Assembly (NCBI GenBank): GCA_963737495.1
Contig: CAVTSS010000009.1
Span: 57,167-121,166 of the forward strand
Source: Terriglobia bacterium
GTDB taxonomy: Bacteria > Acidobacteriota > Terriglobia > Bryobacterales > Bryobacteraceae
Length of the DNA stretch: 64,000 nt
Direction of reading: 5' to 3'
The translations under genes were made by a program, and so were the position numbers. Of the stretch, positions 41,391 to 50,054 are shown piece after piece. Below the pieces are notes generated by a model. That model did not search any database and was not told where the DNA came from. It saw only the letters and a list, made by a program, of their open reading frames with translations. Every line of letters begins with the position of its first letter. The stretch's first letter is position 1.

Positions 41391-41479
41391 GTTTGTACGC
41401 AGTCACATGGACGCTCCTCCTCGCGGATAAGTCAAGAGTGCGTGAATCTGAACGCGCCGCGCCGCGTCTCCATCCCGAA

Positions 41480-42403
41480 CTACACTGCAACTCGGAGTTT
41501 GATCGCGTCGTTTGGCGCGTGGACCAGATCCTGCTTGGTGCCGAGATAGCGTTCGGTCGTTTGGACGGAAGCGTGACCCAGGAGCATCTGAATCTGCTCC
41601 AGTTCGCCGCCCGCGGCGCGGCATAATTTCGCGCACGTGCGACGAAGGTCGTGGGGCGCGATGCCGGGCACGCCAACTTCGGCTGCGTATTGCCGGAGCA
41701 TCTGCCAGACGACCTTCTCGCCCAGCCGTTCCCCGGTTACGCAGCCCGCACGGTTCACGGGGCGGAAAGTGTGGCCAGCCTCGACGCCGGCGTTCGTGGT
41801 CCAGGCGTCGATCGCCACCTTCACCCAAGTCGGCATCGGTGCGGTCCGAACACGACCATGCTTGCCGACCAAATCCACAATGCACCAGCGTCCGTCGCGT
41901 TGCTGGAGATGCGCGAATGTGAGCGCCGCGACTTCAGACCGTCGGAGCCCGCAACCGAGGAGGACGGCGAGGATCGCACGATCGCGCAGGCCGCGAACGG
42001 TCGAGATGTCCGGCGCGCTCAGAAGCGCCTGCGCCTGCCGCTGCGACAACCAGTTGCCGACGCGGATGCCGGTCGATTTTACGCTCTTCACGCGGCTGAT
42101 ACCTTGCGCCAGTTCTGGCGCGAGCAGGCCGTTGTCTGCCGCCTCCGCCGCCAGCTTGCGGATCGCCGACATTCTAATAATGATGGACGACGACCCGAGG
42201 TGACGTTCTTCCAGCGATACCCGCCACGCGCTCACGGTCGCCTTGGTGAAACCCGGCCGCGGCGCCTGCTGGAACCAGGTGTAAAATTCCTCCAGCGCCA
42301 TGTTGTAGACGCGTTTCGTGATCGGCGAAGACACGCTGTCCAGCACCAGCGCCTTCAGTTTCTGCCACTGCGCGATCTTTTCAATTGCAATCAAATCAGG
42401 CAT
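41480..42403 (-). CDS. XerC/XerD-like tyrosine recombinase
   Basis: RDRAILAVLLGCGLRRSEVAAL...PHDLRRTCAKLC...LLGHASVQTTERYL. Confidence 0.9.
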   Translation of the reverse strand: MPDLIAIEKIAQWQKLKALVLDSVSSPITKRVYNMALEEFYTWFQQAPRPGFTKATVSAWRVSLEERHLGSSSIIIRMSAIRKLAAEAADNGLLAPELAQGISRVKSVKSTGIRVGNWLSQRQAQALLSAPDISTVRGLRDRAILAVLLGCGLRRSEVAALTFAHLQQRDGRWCIVDLVGKHGRVRTAPMPTWVKVAIDAWTTNAGVEAGHTFRPVNRAGCVTGERLGEKVVWQMLRQYAAEVGVPGIAPHDLRRTCAKLCRAAGGELEQIQMLLGHASVQTTERYLGTKQDLVHAPNDAIKLRVAV

Positions 42404-42609
42404 TTCAGGTCCTTTTAATGGGCATTAACGGTAGCGCATTTGGACATTACCTCGGTGTGGTGGGAACATCAAGAACGGAATGCAACAGGAGCGTGCCGGC
42501 TTCAGGAAGCGACGATCGGAAGAGTCGCGTGTCGCAGCTATGTGCCCGGGGGGTGTAGCGTCGAGAGCCGCCGCTGATTCAGGCTCGAGCAATTCACGGG
42601 AGAAATAAA

Positions 42610-43148
42610 ATGGCCTCGCAATCGACTTTGCTCGGTGCCGCCGGCGAGCACTACGTTATGTCGGAATTACTCCGTCGCGGGTACATTGCGGCGCTGCCGC
42701 CACAGGGTGTTCCGAACGCCGACATCGTTGTAACCAACCTTGAGGGCGCGCGGCTCTGCTCAATTCAAGTGAAGGCCCGACGTGATATTGGCTCAGATGG
42801 CGGCTGGCATATGAACGCGAAGCGTGAAGCTGCCCGCGCCGACCGCCTCTTCTACTGCTTCGTCGACTTCGGCAAAAGCCCATCAGATCACGCGATCGTA
42901 CATGTCTTGCCGAGCGCGCTCGTTTCCGAAGTCCTTCAGAGGTCACATCGAAAATGGTTGGCTACGCCGGGGAAGAACGGTCAAGCCCACAAGGATGGCT
43001 CCATGCGCCGGCTAATGCCAGACTATTCCCGCATCTTTGGAGCGAGACTGACAACCCCTACCCAAAAGGTTGGCTCGATTCGTACCGTGATGGATGGCAT
43101 CTGCTCAAGCTTGAACCTGCAGCGATCGAAGTCGCTGCCGAGACCTGA
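42610..43148 (+). pseudogene. PD-(D/E)xK (PDDEXK_5-like) nuclease-fold protein, probably frameshifted around 42990-43045
   Basis: GAAGEHYVMSELLRRGY...NADIVV...CSIQVKAR. The tail of track ORF 42610..43290 is nonsense, whereas ORF 42954..43148 ends ...ETDNPYPKGWLDSYRDGWHLLKLE, which reads like a genuine C-terminus. Confidence 0.45.
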
Positions 43149-43229
43149 AGTTGCTCCTACGTTGGATTCAAAAAACGGCGTCCGATGTGCGGCATCATTG
43201 TCGGAACTGACAAGTGTTGTTCGTGAACT

Positions 43230-45275
43230 TTACTGCGCACAGGCCCCCGCGCGGCCGAAGACGACGTGCCGGATGTCGATATCTACTTGATCGCTGGGGA
43301 GTACAAAGCCCGCCCCTGCGGATTTGTCCTTAGTGAGCGCATAGCCGAAAGCATCGAAAAACGCGCCATGCAGGCTGGCGGTGTAATTCTGCCGGAGGGT
43401 GACATAATCTCCATACTCGCTTCCGGTCACACTCGCTGAAGTCGTGTCGTAAGTCTTATAGTCCCCCCAGATTCCGACTGCATGGTTCGGAAAGACTGAA
43501 CCACCTCCGCCGCGCGCCAAGGAAAAGCCGATCTCCTGAGTGCAGGCGTTGGTGGCGAGTGACGGAAGGCCGTAAGCGTAAGACGCATTCCAAATCTGCA
43601 CTTGCGAGAGGACGACCTGGGGAGTGGCAAGGGCGTCAATGGCCACCAGTTCAACGTATGGCTGGGGATGGTTGGCGGCTGTATTGGGCGCGGCGTTCCA
43701 GGCGAACCAGATGTTCGACCCGCTTCGCGTGGCACCGACAATAGCGTCATCCGCTTTTCGAAAGAGCCAGTCCTGGGCCGGGGGCACGGTCTCGCCGCCG
43801 AGCGCCGGCACCGGTGCAACCGAGCCCACGTGCCCACTGGCCGTGCAAAGCTTGGGGACCGTCCCCGGGGGACTGCCTTTAGGAACTTTGGCGCAGCCGT
43901 CCGCGTTCGTGATGTAGCTGGAAGGAAGCGGGACGTCTGCCCAGGTGTAGGTGTTACTACTCTCCGGCCATGAGAAAACCCTCAATGCACCGTTGCCGTT
44001 GTGGCCAGCCCAATAGACTTCCTTACCTGTGTCCTGCGTGAGGAAACTCGCCCAAGCCATGCACGAAGCTCCGGTGCATCCGCCGCTGACGCCGGCGTTT
44101 GAAGTGTAGCGGACCGGCAGGGGGTTAGCCTCGGCTTTAAGATCAGACAACTTGATCCGCACCACCTGGCGGCCGAAGATGCAGCCGGGAACGTTTTTGC
44201 CACTAGGGAGCGCGCAATTATTGTCCCAACTGATGTACAGGTAGTCGTGTCCCACCGACATGCTCGGAAAATCGAATTCCGTCCCGAAGATCAGGTTGAA
44301 TTTTTCATCCGTGAACACCCAGGGGTGCCAGGCGTCTTTCTGACCGCTGTATTTCTTGATGTCTGCGGGGCTCGCCACGGCGAGCCGGTATGCCCCCGGA
44401 CCGCTACCTGCGTTGTGGTAATTGAGCTGTTGAAGCCAGACAAAGAGTCCGATCTTGGGAACGTATTGCACGTGTTGGTCGCAGCAGACATCGTAGGTGG
44501 GGTGCGAAAAGATCGTCGTCGGATCGATCACGTTGAAGGGCCCTCCGGCGCTGGCCTGATAAGCCGCACCCCAGTTGAACGAGACGAACGTCATGTCTCC
44601 GTTGCTGGCCCCACTCGGCTCACCGGGGTCGCCTCCGGCCGGGGTCCCCTGGCTGAGCACGTTTCCAAAGCCTTCGTTCGAATGGATCGTGACGCCGGAA
44701 TATCTCGGCTCCAGCGCCGGCGTTACGCCGTTTGAGACCGCCATCGGTTGTGCCGACGTACTTTGTTGCGTCGGCGTGCCGGCAACGAACGGGGCCATCG
44801 GGACCGGAGGACTCGGTTCATTGATGCCCGGCCCAAAACCACTCGGCTCGTGAGCGAACGGGCCGCCGGACAGATCTTCGGCGGGGACCGTGGTCGTTTG
44901 TGTGGTTCCGCTGCCGGGACTCGCCGGCGGAAGGCCGACCTCCAGTCTCAAAGTGAAACTGAACGGAACCTCGTTGATCTGGTACGTTCCCTTAACGGTC
45001 AGCGGGTACATTGTATTTTGCGCCAGGCTCGACGCGTCAAAGTCGGCCTGAAAGATAGACTCGTCATCCGGCGCCATTGTACCCAGCACCACGGGGAACG
45101 TCGCCGGACTGAGCAGGCCCGCGGCCCCCAAAGTCGCACCAGTGATCTGTACGTTCGCGGCGCTCACAGTGCCGTCGTTGGTGATCGGAACGGCGATCAT
45201 AAACCGCTGGCCCACGATTCCCACCCCCGGCGTCTCCGCCTCGAGATCCGCCGGCGAGACTTGAGCCTGAGCCAC
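43230..45275 (-). CDS. large secreted hypothetical protein (in-frame TGA upstream, see findings)
   Basis: 681-codon ORF. The codons just upstream encode a signal peptide, RKRILLLLLAAGIAAIVLLVAQA, continuous with an ATG at 45389 except for a TGA at 45342-45344. Confidence 0.7.
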   Translation of the reverse strand: MAQAQVSPADLEAETPGVGIVGQRFMIAVPITNDGTVSAANVQITGATLGAAGLLSPATFPVVLGTMAPDDESIFQADFDASSLAQNTMYPLTVKGTYQINEVPFSFTLRLEVGLPPASPGSGTTQTTTVPAEDLSGGPFAHEPSGFGPGINEPSPPVPMAPFVAGTPTQQSTSAQPMAVSNGVTPALEPRYSGVTIHSNEGFGNVLSQGTPAGGDPGEPSGASNGDMTFVSFNWGAAYQASAGGPFNVIDPTTIFSHPTYDVCCDQHVQYVPKIGLFVWLQQLNYHNAGSGPGAYRLAVASPADIKKYSGQKDAWHPWVFTDEKFNLIFGTEFDFPSMSVGHDYLYISWDNNCALPSGKNVPGCIFGRQVVRIKLSDLKAEANPLPVRYTSNAGVSGGCTGASCMAWASFLTQDTGKEVYWAGHNGNGALRVFSWPESSNTYTWADVPLPSSYITNADGCAKVPKGSPPGTVPKLCTASGHVGSVAPVPALGGETVPPAQDWLFRKADDAIVGATRSGSNIWFAWNAAPNTAANHPQPYVELVAIDALATPQVVLSQVQIWNASYAYGLPSLATNACTQEIGFSLARGGGGSVFPNHAVGIWGDYKTYDTTSASVTGSEYGDYVTLRQNYTASLHGAFFDAFGYALTKDKSAGAGFVLPSDQVDIDIRHVVFGRAGACAQ

Positions 45276-45479
45276 CAGAAGGACGATCGCTGCGATTCCG
45301 GCTGCGAGAAGCAGCAGCAGGATTCGTTTTCGCGTAGTACTTCAAAGGAGCCGCAACGGGCTCGACGGGGGCTTGTTTTCGGATTGCATTTGTTTCTCTC
45401 GCTTTCTGCCAGCGGTGAGGAGTATCCTTGGATGACCGCTTCGCCTGATTCATCTCCTTGAGGTGTGATTCTAGTCAAA

Positions 45480-46448
45480 TCAATAGAAGATCATCCAGTA
45501 AGCGCCCCAGATGTGGTCGCTGCCCAGCGCCGGCGCCGCCGTACCGTAAATGAATTTGGTTACCGTGCCGCTGCTGGAAATCTCGTAGACATGGTCCGGG
45601 GTGCTGAAGGTCGGAGGTGAAATGTTAAAGGTGGACGTGTAGATGTCGCCGCCAAACAGCACCAGATTGCCATCCAGTTGCGCAGAAAGCGTGGCCACCA
45701 GCACGATGGGGCCGCCAGGGTTCGTCTCCTTGGCCAGTTGACCCGTGAAGATGCTGGTCAGGTACATCCGGTCATCTCCGTCGAAACTCAAGCCCCCCGG
45801 TTCTATTGAGAGGCCGCTGGCAGCAATCTCGGCCGAGTAGTCGTGGGTCTTCGCGCCGGTGGATGCATTGAAGCATTGCACGTCCTTATCGATGAAGCTT
45901 GCGATGCAGAGATCCCTCGACCCGTTAAACGCCATCTGACCGCCTCGGTACAGCGTGGCCAGAATCGGGCCTGGCTGGGCCGGCGGATCGGGCAGCGCGA
46001 GGTCCGCAGCCAGGTATTTTAGGATGTAGATCGGCCCACCCAAATCCGTTCCGTAGGCGGTCGCCACCCAAAGGTCTCCGGACGAGTCGAAAACCAAGCT
46101 GGCCGTCTGTGCAGTGGGGCACAAACCGCATGTGATGGTGAAGGTGTCCCAATCGACGTTGAATTTTCCGTTTTGCTGATATCGCAGTATCTTATTCGTG
46201 AGCTGACCCACCTGCGGCCCCGACGCCCAGATCGTGGTCACAAAGATGTCTCCGGTCGTCGGGCTTTGGGCCAATGCAACCGGGGCATACGGACCAGTGG
46301 TCGCAAAGGTGCGAAGCCACTTCCCACTGGTGTCAAACTCCTCGATGGAATTGCTCCTGCTGCTGGCCACTAGGATGCGGGTGGCCGCCTGAACGGAAGC
46401 GGATCCCAGCAGCGTGGCGAAAACGGCGATCAAGAGTTTCTTGCTCAT
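45480..46448 (-). CDS. secreted NHL/beta-propeller repeat protein
   Basis: Signal peptide MSKKLLIAVFATLLGSASVQA, then repeated ...G..Y.. blades. Confidence 0.65.
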   Translation of the reverse strand: MSKKLLIAVFATLLGSASVQAATRILVASSRSNSIEEFDTSGKWLRTFATTGPYAPVALAQSPTTGDIFVTTIWASGPQVGQLTNKILRYQQNGKFNVDWDTFTITCGLCPTAQTASLVFDSSGDLWVATAYGTDLGGPIYILKYLAADLALPDPPAQPGPILATLYRGGQMAFNGSRDLCIASFIDKDVQCFNASTGAKTHDYSAEIAASGLSIEPGGLSFDGDDRMYLTSIFTGQLAKETNPGGPIVLVATLSAQLDGNLVLFGGDIYTSTFNISPPTFSTPDHVYEISSSGTVTKFIYGTAAPALGSDHIWGAYWMIFY

Positions 46449-46591
46449 GGTTGTCTCCTCTTTCCCTATCTGTGTTTCTGTTTCTGGCCGTCACCCTCAT
46501 AAGCGTGAAAGCTTTGTCAAAGTGCGGTCCGGATGCCCAAATATTTCGAACCCGGAAAAAAGGAATAGAATCGAGCGAGGGGGGTTAGGGC

Positions 46592-47170
46592 ATGGAGGAA
46601 GGCCCGGGGGACATCAGCCGCCTGCTAGAGCGATGGAGCGGCGGGGATCGGGCAGCGTTCCAGGAACTGATCCCTGTCGTCTACGGCGAACTGCGGCGCT
46701 TGGCGAGTCACTACCTGCAAAGCGAACGCGGCGGGCACACTTTGCAAAGCACAGCTCTGGTCCATGAGGCGTATGTGCGCCTGGTCAATGCCAAGAGTCC
46801 GCACTGGCAGGGGCGCGCGCACTTCTTTGCCGTCGCCGCCCAGAGCATGCGCCGCATTCTGGTGGACCATGCGCGCCAGCATCAGGCCGGCAAGCGCGGG
46901 TCGGGCGCCAGGAAAGCGCCTTTCGAGGAAGCTCTAACCGTCCCGGTCCAACCAGGCCTTGATATCGCGGCGCTCGATGAAGCTCTCGACCGTCTCGCCG
47001 CCTTCGATCTCCGCAAGTCCCGCGTGGTGGAGCTACGATTCTTCGGCGGCTTGTCGACGGCAGAGATTTCCGAGGTGCTGGATATCTCGGCTGCCGCGGT
47101 GAGAAACGATTGGGTGGTTGCAAAAGCCTGGTTGTACCGCGATCTGGAGCCCGGAGAGACGAGCCAGTGA
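46592..47170 (+). CDS. ECF-type sigma factor (Sigma70_ECF/TIGR02999-like)
   Basis: ISRLLERWSGGDRAAFQELIPVVYGELRRLASHYLQSERGGHTLQSTALVHEAYVRLV...VVELRFFGGLSTAEISEVLDISAAAVRNDW. Confidence 0.85.
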   Translation: MEEGPGDISRLLERWSGGDRAAFQELIPVVYGELRRLASHYLQSERGGHTLQSTALVHEAYVRLVNAKSPHWQGRAHFFAVAAQSMRRILVDHARQHQAGKRGSGARKAPFEEALTVPVQPGLDIAALDEALDRLAAFDLRKSRVVELRFFGGLSTAEISEVLDISAAAVRNDWVVAKAWLYRDLEPGETSQ

Positions 47171-49635
47171 AACCCGAACTCTGGGCTGAAATCGACCGTG
47201 TGCTCGCCGGGGCCCTCGCGCTTGACGAGGATCAAAGGGCCGCTTACCTGGCTGGATGCTGCGGAGATAAGCCGGCGATTCGGGTAGAAGTCGAGTCCCT
47301 CCTGGCTTCACACCAGCGGGCGAGGGGTTTCATTGAAACCGATACTTGGATCGAAGCCACTGGGTCCGAACCCTCCCCCGCGGGACCGTCGGCCGGGAGC
47401 CGCGTGGGGCCCTACAGGCTGGTGAAGGAAATCGGACGCGGCGGAATGGGAGTTGTATTTCTGGGCGAGCGCGACGACGGCCAATTCCAGAAACAGGTCG
47501 CCATCAAGTTGATCGGCACCGGGATCGCCAGCGCGGAAAGCCTCGAACGCTTTCGGAGCGAGCGCCAGATTCTGGCCAGCCTGGAGCATCCCAACATCGC
47601 CCGGCTGTTGGATGGCGGCGTGGCGGACAACGGGTCGCCGTACATTGCTATGGAATACATCGAGGGCCGGCCCATCCATGAGTATTCGGCCACCCAACAG
47701 CTCTCTCTAGGACAGAAAGTGGCGTTGTTCCGTTCCGTGTGCTCCGCCGTTCATTTCGCTCACCGGAACCTGGTGGTGCATCGCGATATCAAGCCCGGAA
47801 ATATTCTAGTGACGCAGGAGGGGGTTGCAAAGCTTCTGGATTTCGGAGTCGCCAAACTCCTGCATGCTGCCGACGCCGGTTCTCAGGAAATAGTAACGGC
47901 GCCCTTGCTTCGGGTCATGTCCCTCGACTACGCCAGCCCCGAGCAGGTGCGGGGATTGCCCGTCACCACTACCAGCGATATCTATTCGCTTGGCGTGCTC
48001 CTGTATGAACTCCTGGCCGGGAAAAAGCCCTACGCACTGGCGTCGAAGACCCTCGATGAGGTTCTCAGACTCTTAGCCATCGAGAAGCCGAACTCTCCCG
48101 CGATTGCCAATCGAGAATTGCACGGGGATCTGGAAGCGATCATTCTCAAGGCCATGCGCAAAGAGCCAGGCGAGCGATACGCATCCGCCGAAGAACTCTC
48201 CGAGGACCTGGGCCGGTACCTCGCAGGACAACCCGTATCGGCGAGACACCCGTCCTTTCGCTACCTTGCGGGCAAATATATTGCGCGGCACCGCTCGCGC
48301 GCGGCAATTCTGGCCGCGGGAGTTGTGGTTCTGTTGGCCGGCTCAGGCGCGATCGCGTGGGAGGCGCGAGTAGCTAACCTCGAACGCGCCAAAGCACAGC
48401 GGCGGTTTGACGACCTCCGCAAGCTGGCCAGCGCCATGGTTTTCGAAGTCAACCAGAGCCTGGCCGAGTACCCGGGATCCACGCCGGCACGAAAGTTGCT
48501 GGTAACGAGAGGCGTGGAGTATCTGGATGCGCTTGCGAACGAGTCGCAAGGCGATCCCAGCCTGCAGCGCGAGGTGGCCGCCGCATATCTTCGAATGGGA
48601 GACATCCAGGGGAACATCGGGATGGCCAACCTGGGGGATTTCCAAGGTGCGAACTCCAGCTACGAAAAGGCCCGCCGAATTTTGGTTGCGGCGGTGGCAA
48701 AGTCCCCTGGGGATGTGGATGCGAGCCTTTCCCTGGTGAACGCGGATCGTAAGTTGAGCCAAGCCTATCTTGGAGTCCGCAATTGGGCCGAGAGCCTCCG
48801 AACCGCGCGCGAGGCACTGGCAGCCGCGGAATCCATCGCCAAAATCAAGCCGGCGGAGGAACGCGTGCACGGGGCGTTAGGCAGCGCGTACTTCGCGCTC
48901 GCGGTGGCTTTGCAAGACGGGGACCAGGCGCTGGAAATCTGGCAGAAGTGCCTGGACCTCTACATGTCGCTTTTGCGCGACAAGCCGCAAGGGGATCGGG
49001 AACTGCGCAACGTAGCGCTGGTTCACAAGTACATGTCCGGACAATTTCTGTCCCGTTCTCTGTGGACCCAGGCCCTCGACCATGCCAGGCTGGCCGAGGA
49101 AGTGGATTCCAGGCGCGTTGCGGCGCAGCCCGCGAGCCGGGCGGCGCAAATCGACCTGGCCAACGATTTCGGAGTCACCGCGGATTGCTATAAGAAGGTA
49201 GACGACGAGGAACACGCCCTGGATCGTTACCAAAGATCGCTCGATATTCGCCAAAGGCTCGCTGCGGCCGACCCCAAGGATGCGCGCTTGCAAGAAGTGC
49301 TGGCCTACAACGAAATTACGGTGGCGTCCTCTCTGTTGACACTAGGAGAGGCCCCGGAAGCGCTCCAGAGGTTTCAAACGGCGGCACGGATGGCAAAGGC
49401 ACAGAGCGAATCCAATACGTCGGATGCCAGGGTTCATTCCGATTGGGCATGGGCCCTGGAGGGCGAGGGCGAAGCACTGGACCGGCTCGGGCGTCCGGTC
49501 GAGGCTTGTTCGTCCTATCGCGGGGCCATGGCTATTTATGAGGATCTCGCGCGGCGAGGTATTGCGACGAAACGCGATAACCCCGAAGCCAACGATCTGG
49601 CGACGAGAATTGCCGCCTGCCGCTCGAAGCAATAA
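47167..49635 (+). CDS. Ser/Thr protein kinase with TM segment and TPR-like C-terminal region
   Basis: GRGGMGVVFL, VAIK, HRDIKPGNIL, DFGVAK and SPEQ motifs. The GTG start overlaps the sigma gene stop (GTGA). Confidence 0.9.
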   Translation: MKPELWAEIDRVLAGALALDEDQRAAYLAGCCGDKPAIRVEVESLLASHQRARGFIETDTWIEATGSEPSPAGPSAGSRVGPYRLVKEIGRGGMGVVFLGERDDGQFQKQVAIKLIGTGIASAESLERFRSERQILASLEHPNIARLLDGGVADNGSPYIAMEYIEGRPIHEYSATQQLSLGQKVALFRSVCSAVHFAHRNLVVHRDIKPGNILVTQEGVAKLLDFGVAKLLHAADAGSQEIVTAPLLRVMSLDYASPEQVRGLPVTTTSDIYSLGVLLYELLAGKKPYALASKTLDEVLRLLAIEKPNSPAIANRELHGDLEAIILKAMRKEPGERYASAEELSEDLGRYLAGQPVSARHPSFRYLAGKYIARHRSRAAILAAGVVVLLAGSGAIAWEARVANLERAKAQRRFDDLRKLASAMVFEVNQSLAEYPGSTPARKLLVTRGVEYLDALANESQGDPSLQREVAAAYLRMGDIQGNIGMANLGDFQGANSSYEKARRILVAAVAKSPGDVDASLSLVNADRKLSQAYLGVRNWAESLRTAREALAAAESIAKIKPAEERVHGALGSAYFALAVALQDGDQALEIWQKCLDLYMSLLRDKPQGDRELRNVALVHKYMSGQFLSRSLWTQALDHARLAEEVDSRRVAAQPASRAAQIDLANDFGVTADCYKKVDDEEHALDRYQRSLDIRQRLAAADPKDARLQEVLAYNEITVASSLLTLGEAPEALQRFQTAARMAKAQSESNTSDARVHSDWAWALEGEGEALDRLGRPVEACSSYRGAMAIYEDLARRGIATKRDNPEANDLATRIAACRSKQ

Positions 49636-50054
49636 ACATGCTGCTGGATTGAGTTCTTTTAGCGAGCCGATGGGTTCCCCTCGCAGAGGATCCTCATGAA
49701 TCATCTGGGTTGTTTCGCGCCTCTGAAACAGTCTTCGACACGGCGAACCCGTAAGCTGCTCCGGCGTGCTGTAGCTCTTGATCTGTTTCTCCTCTTCTCC
49801 TTGCCGACGACCAGCCAGCGAAAGAAAGACTAAGTTGTTCCACGGGCTCGAAGGCTCCAGTCAAAGGTACGTCAATCGCAGGCCAGACCAGATTGTGCGT
49901 CGGGGTCTCACCACCAATACAGGCGCGATCTATGCTCATCCGCAAACCTATTTTCATCCTCCGAGGTGGCCGCACCGGCGGCCATGGGGTCATTGTGTTA
50001 TCGGCACTGATCCGGGGCGCGCCCCGAACGTCGATCCAATGATAGGCTTGCGGT

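Noticed and set aside
49694-49993. A 99-codon minus-strand ORF upstream of the ADOP permease, considered as a degenerate PadR-like regulator.
   Set aside because: There is only vague resemblance (…FAGWSSARRRGETDQ…AAYGFAVSK…). It is on the opposite strand to the permease and has no clear winged-helix motif. I could not support it.
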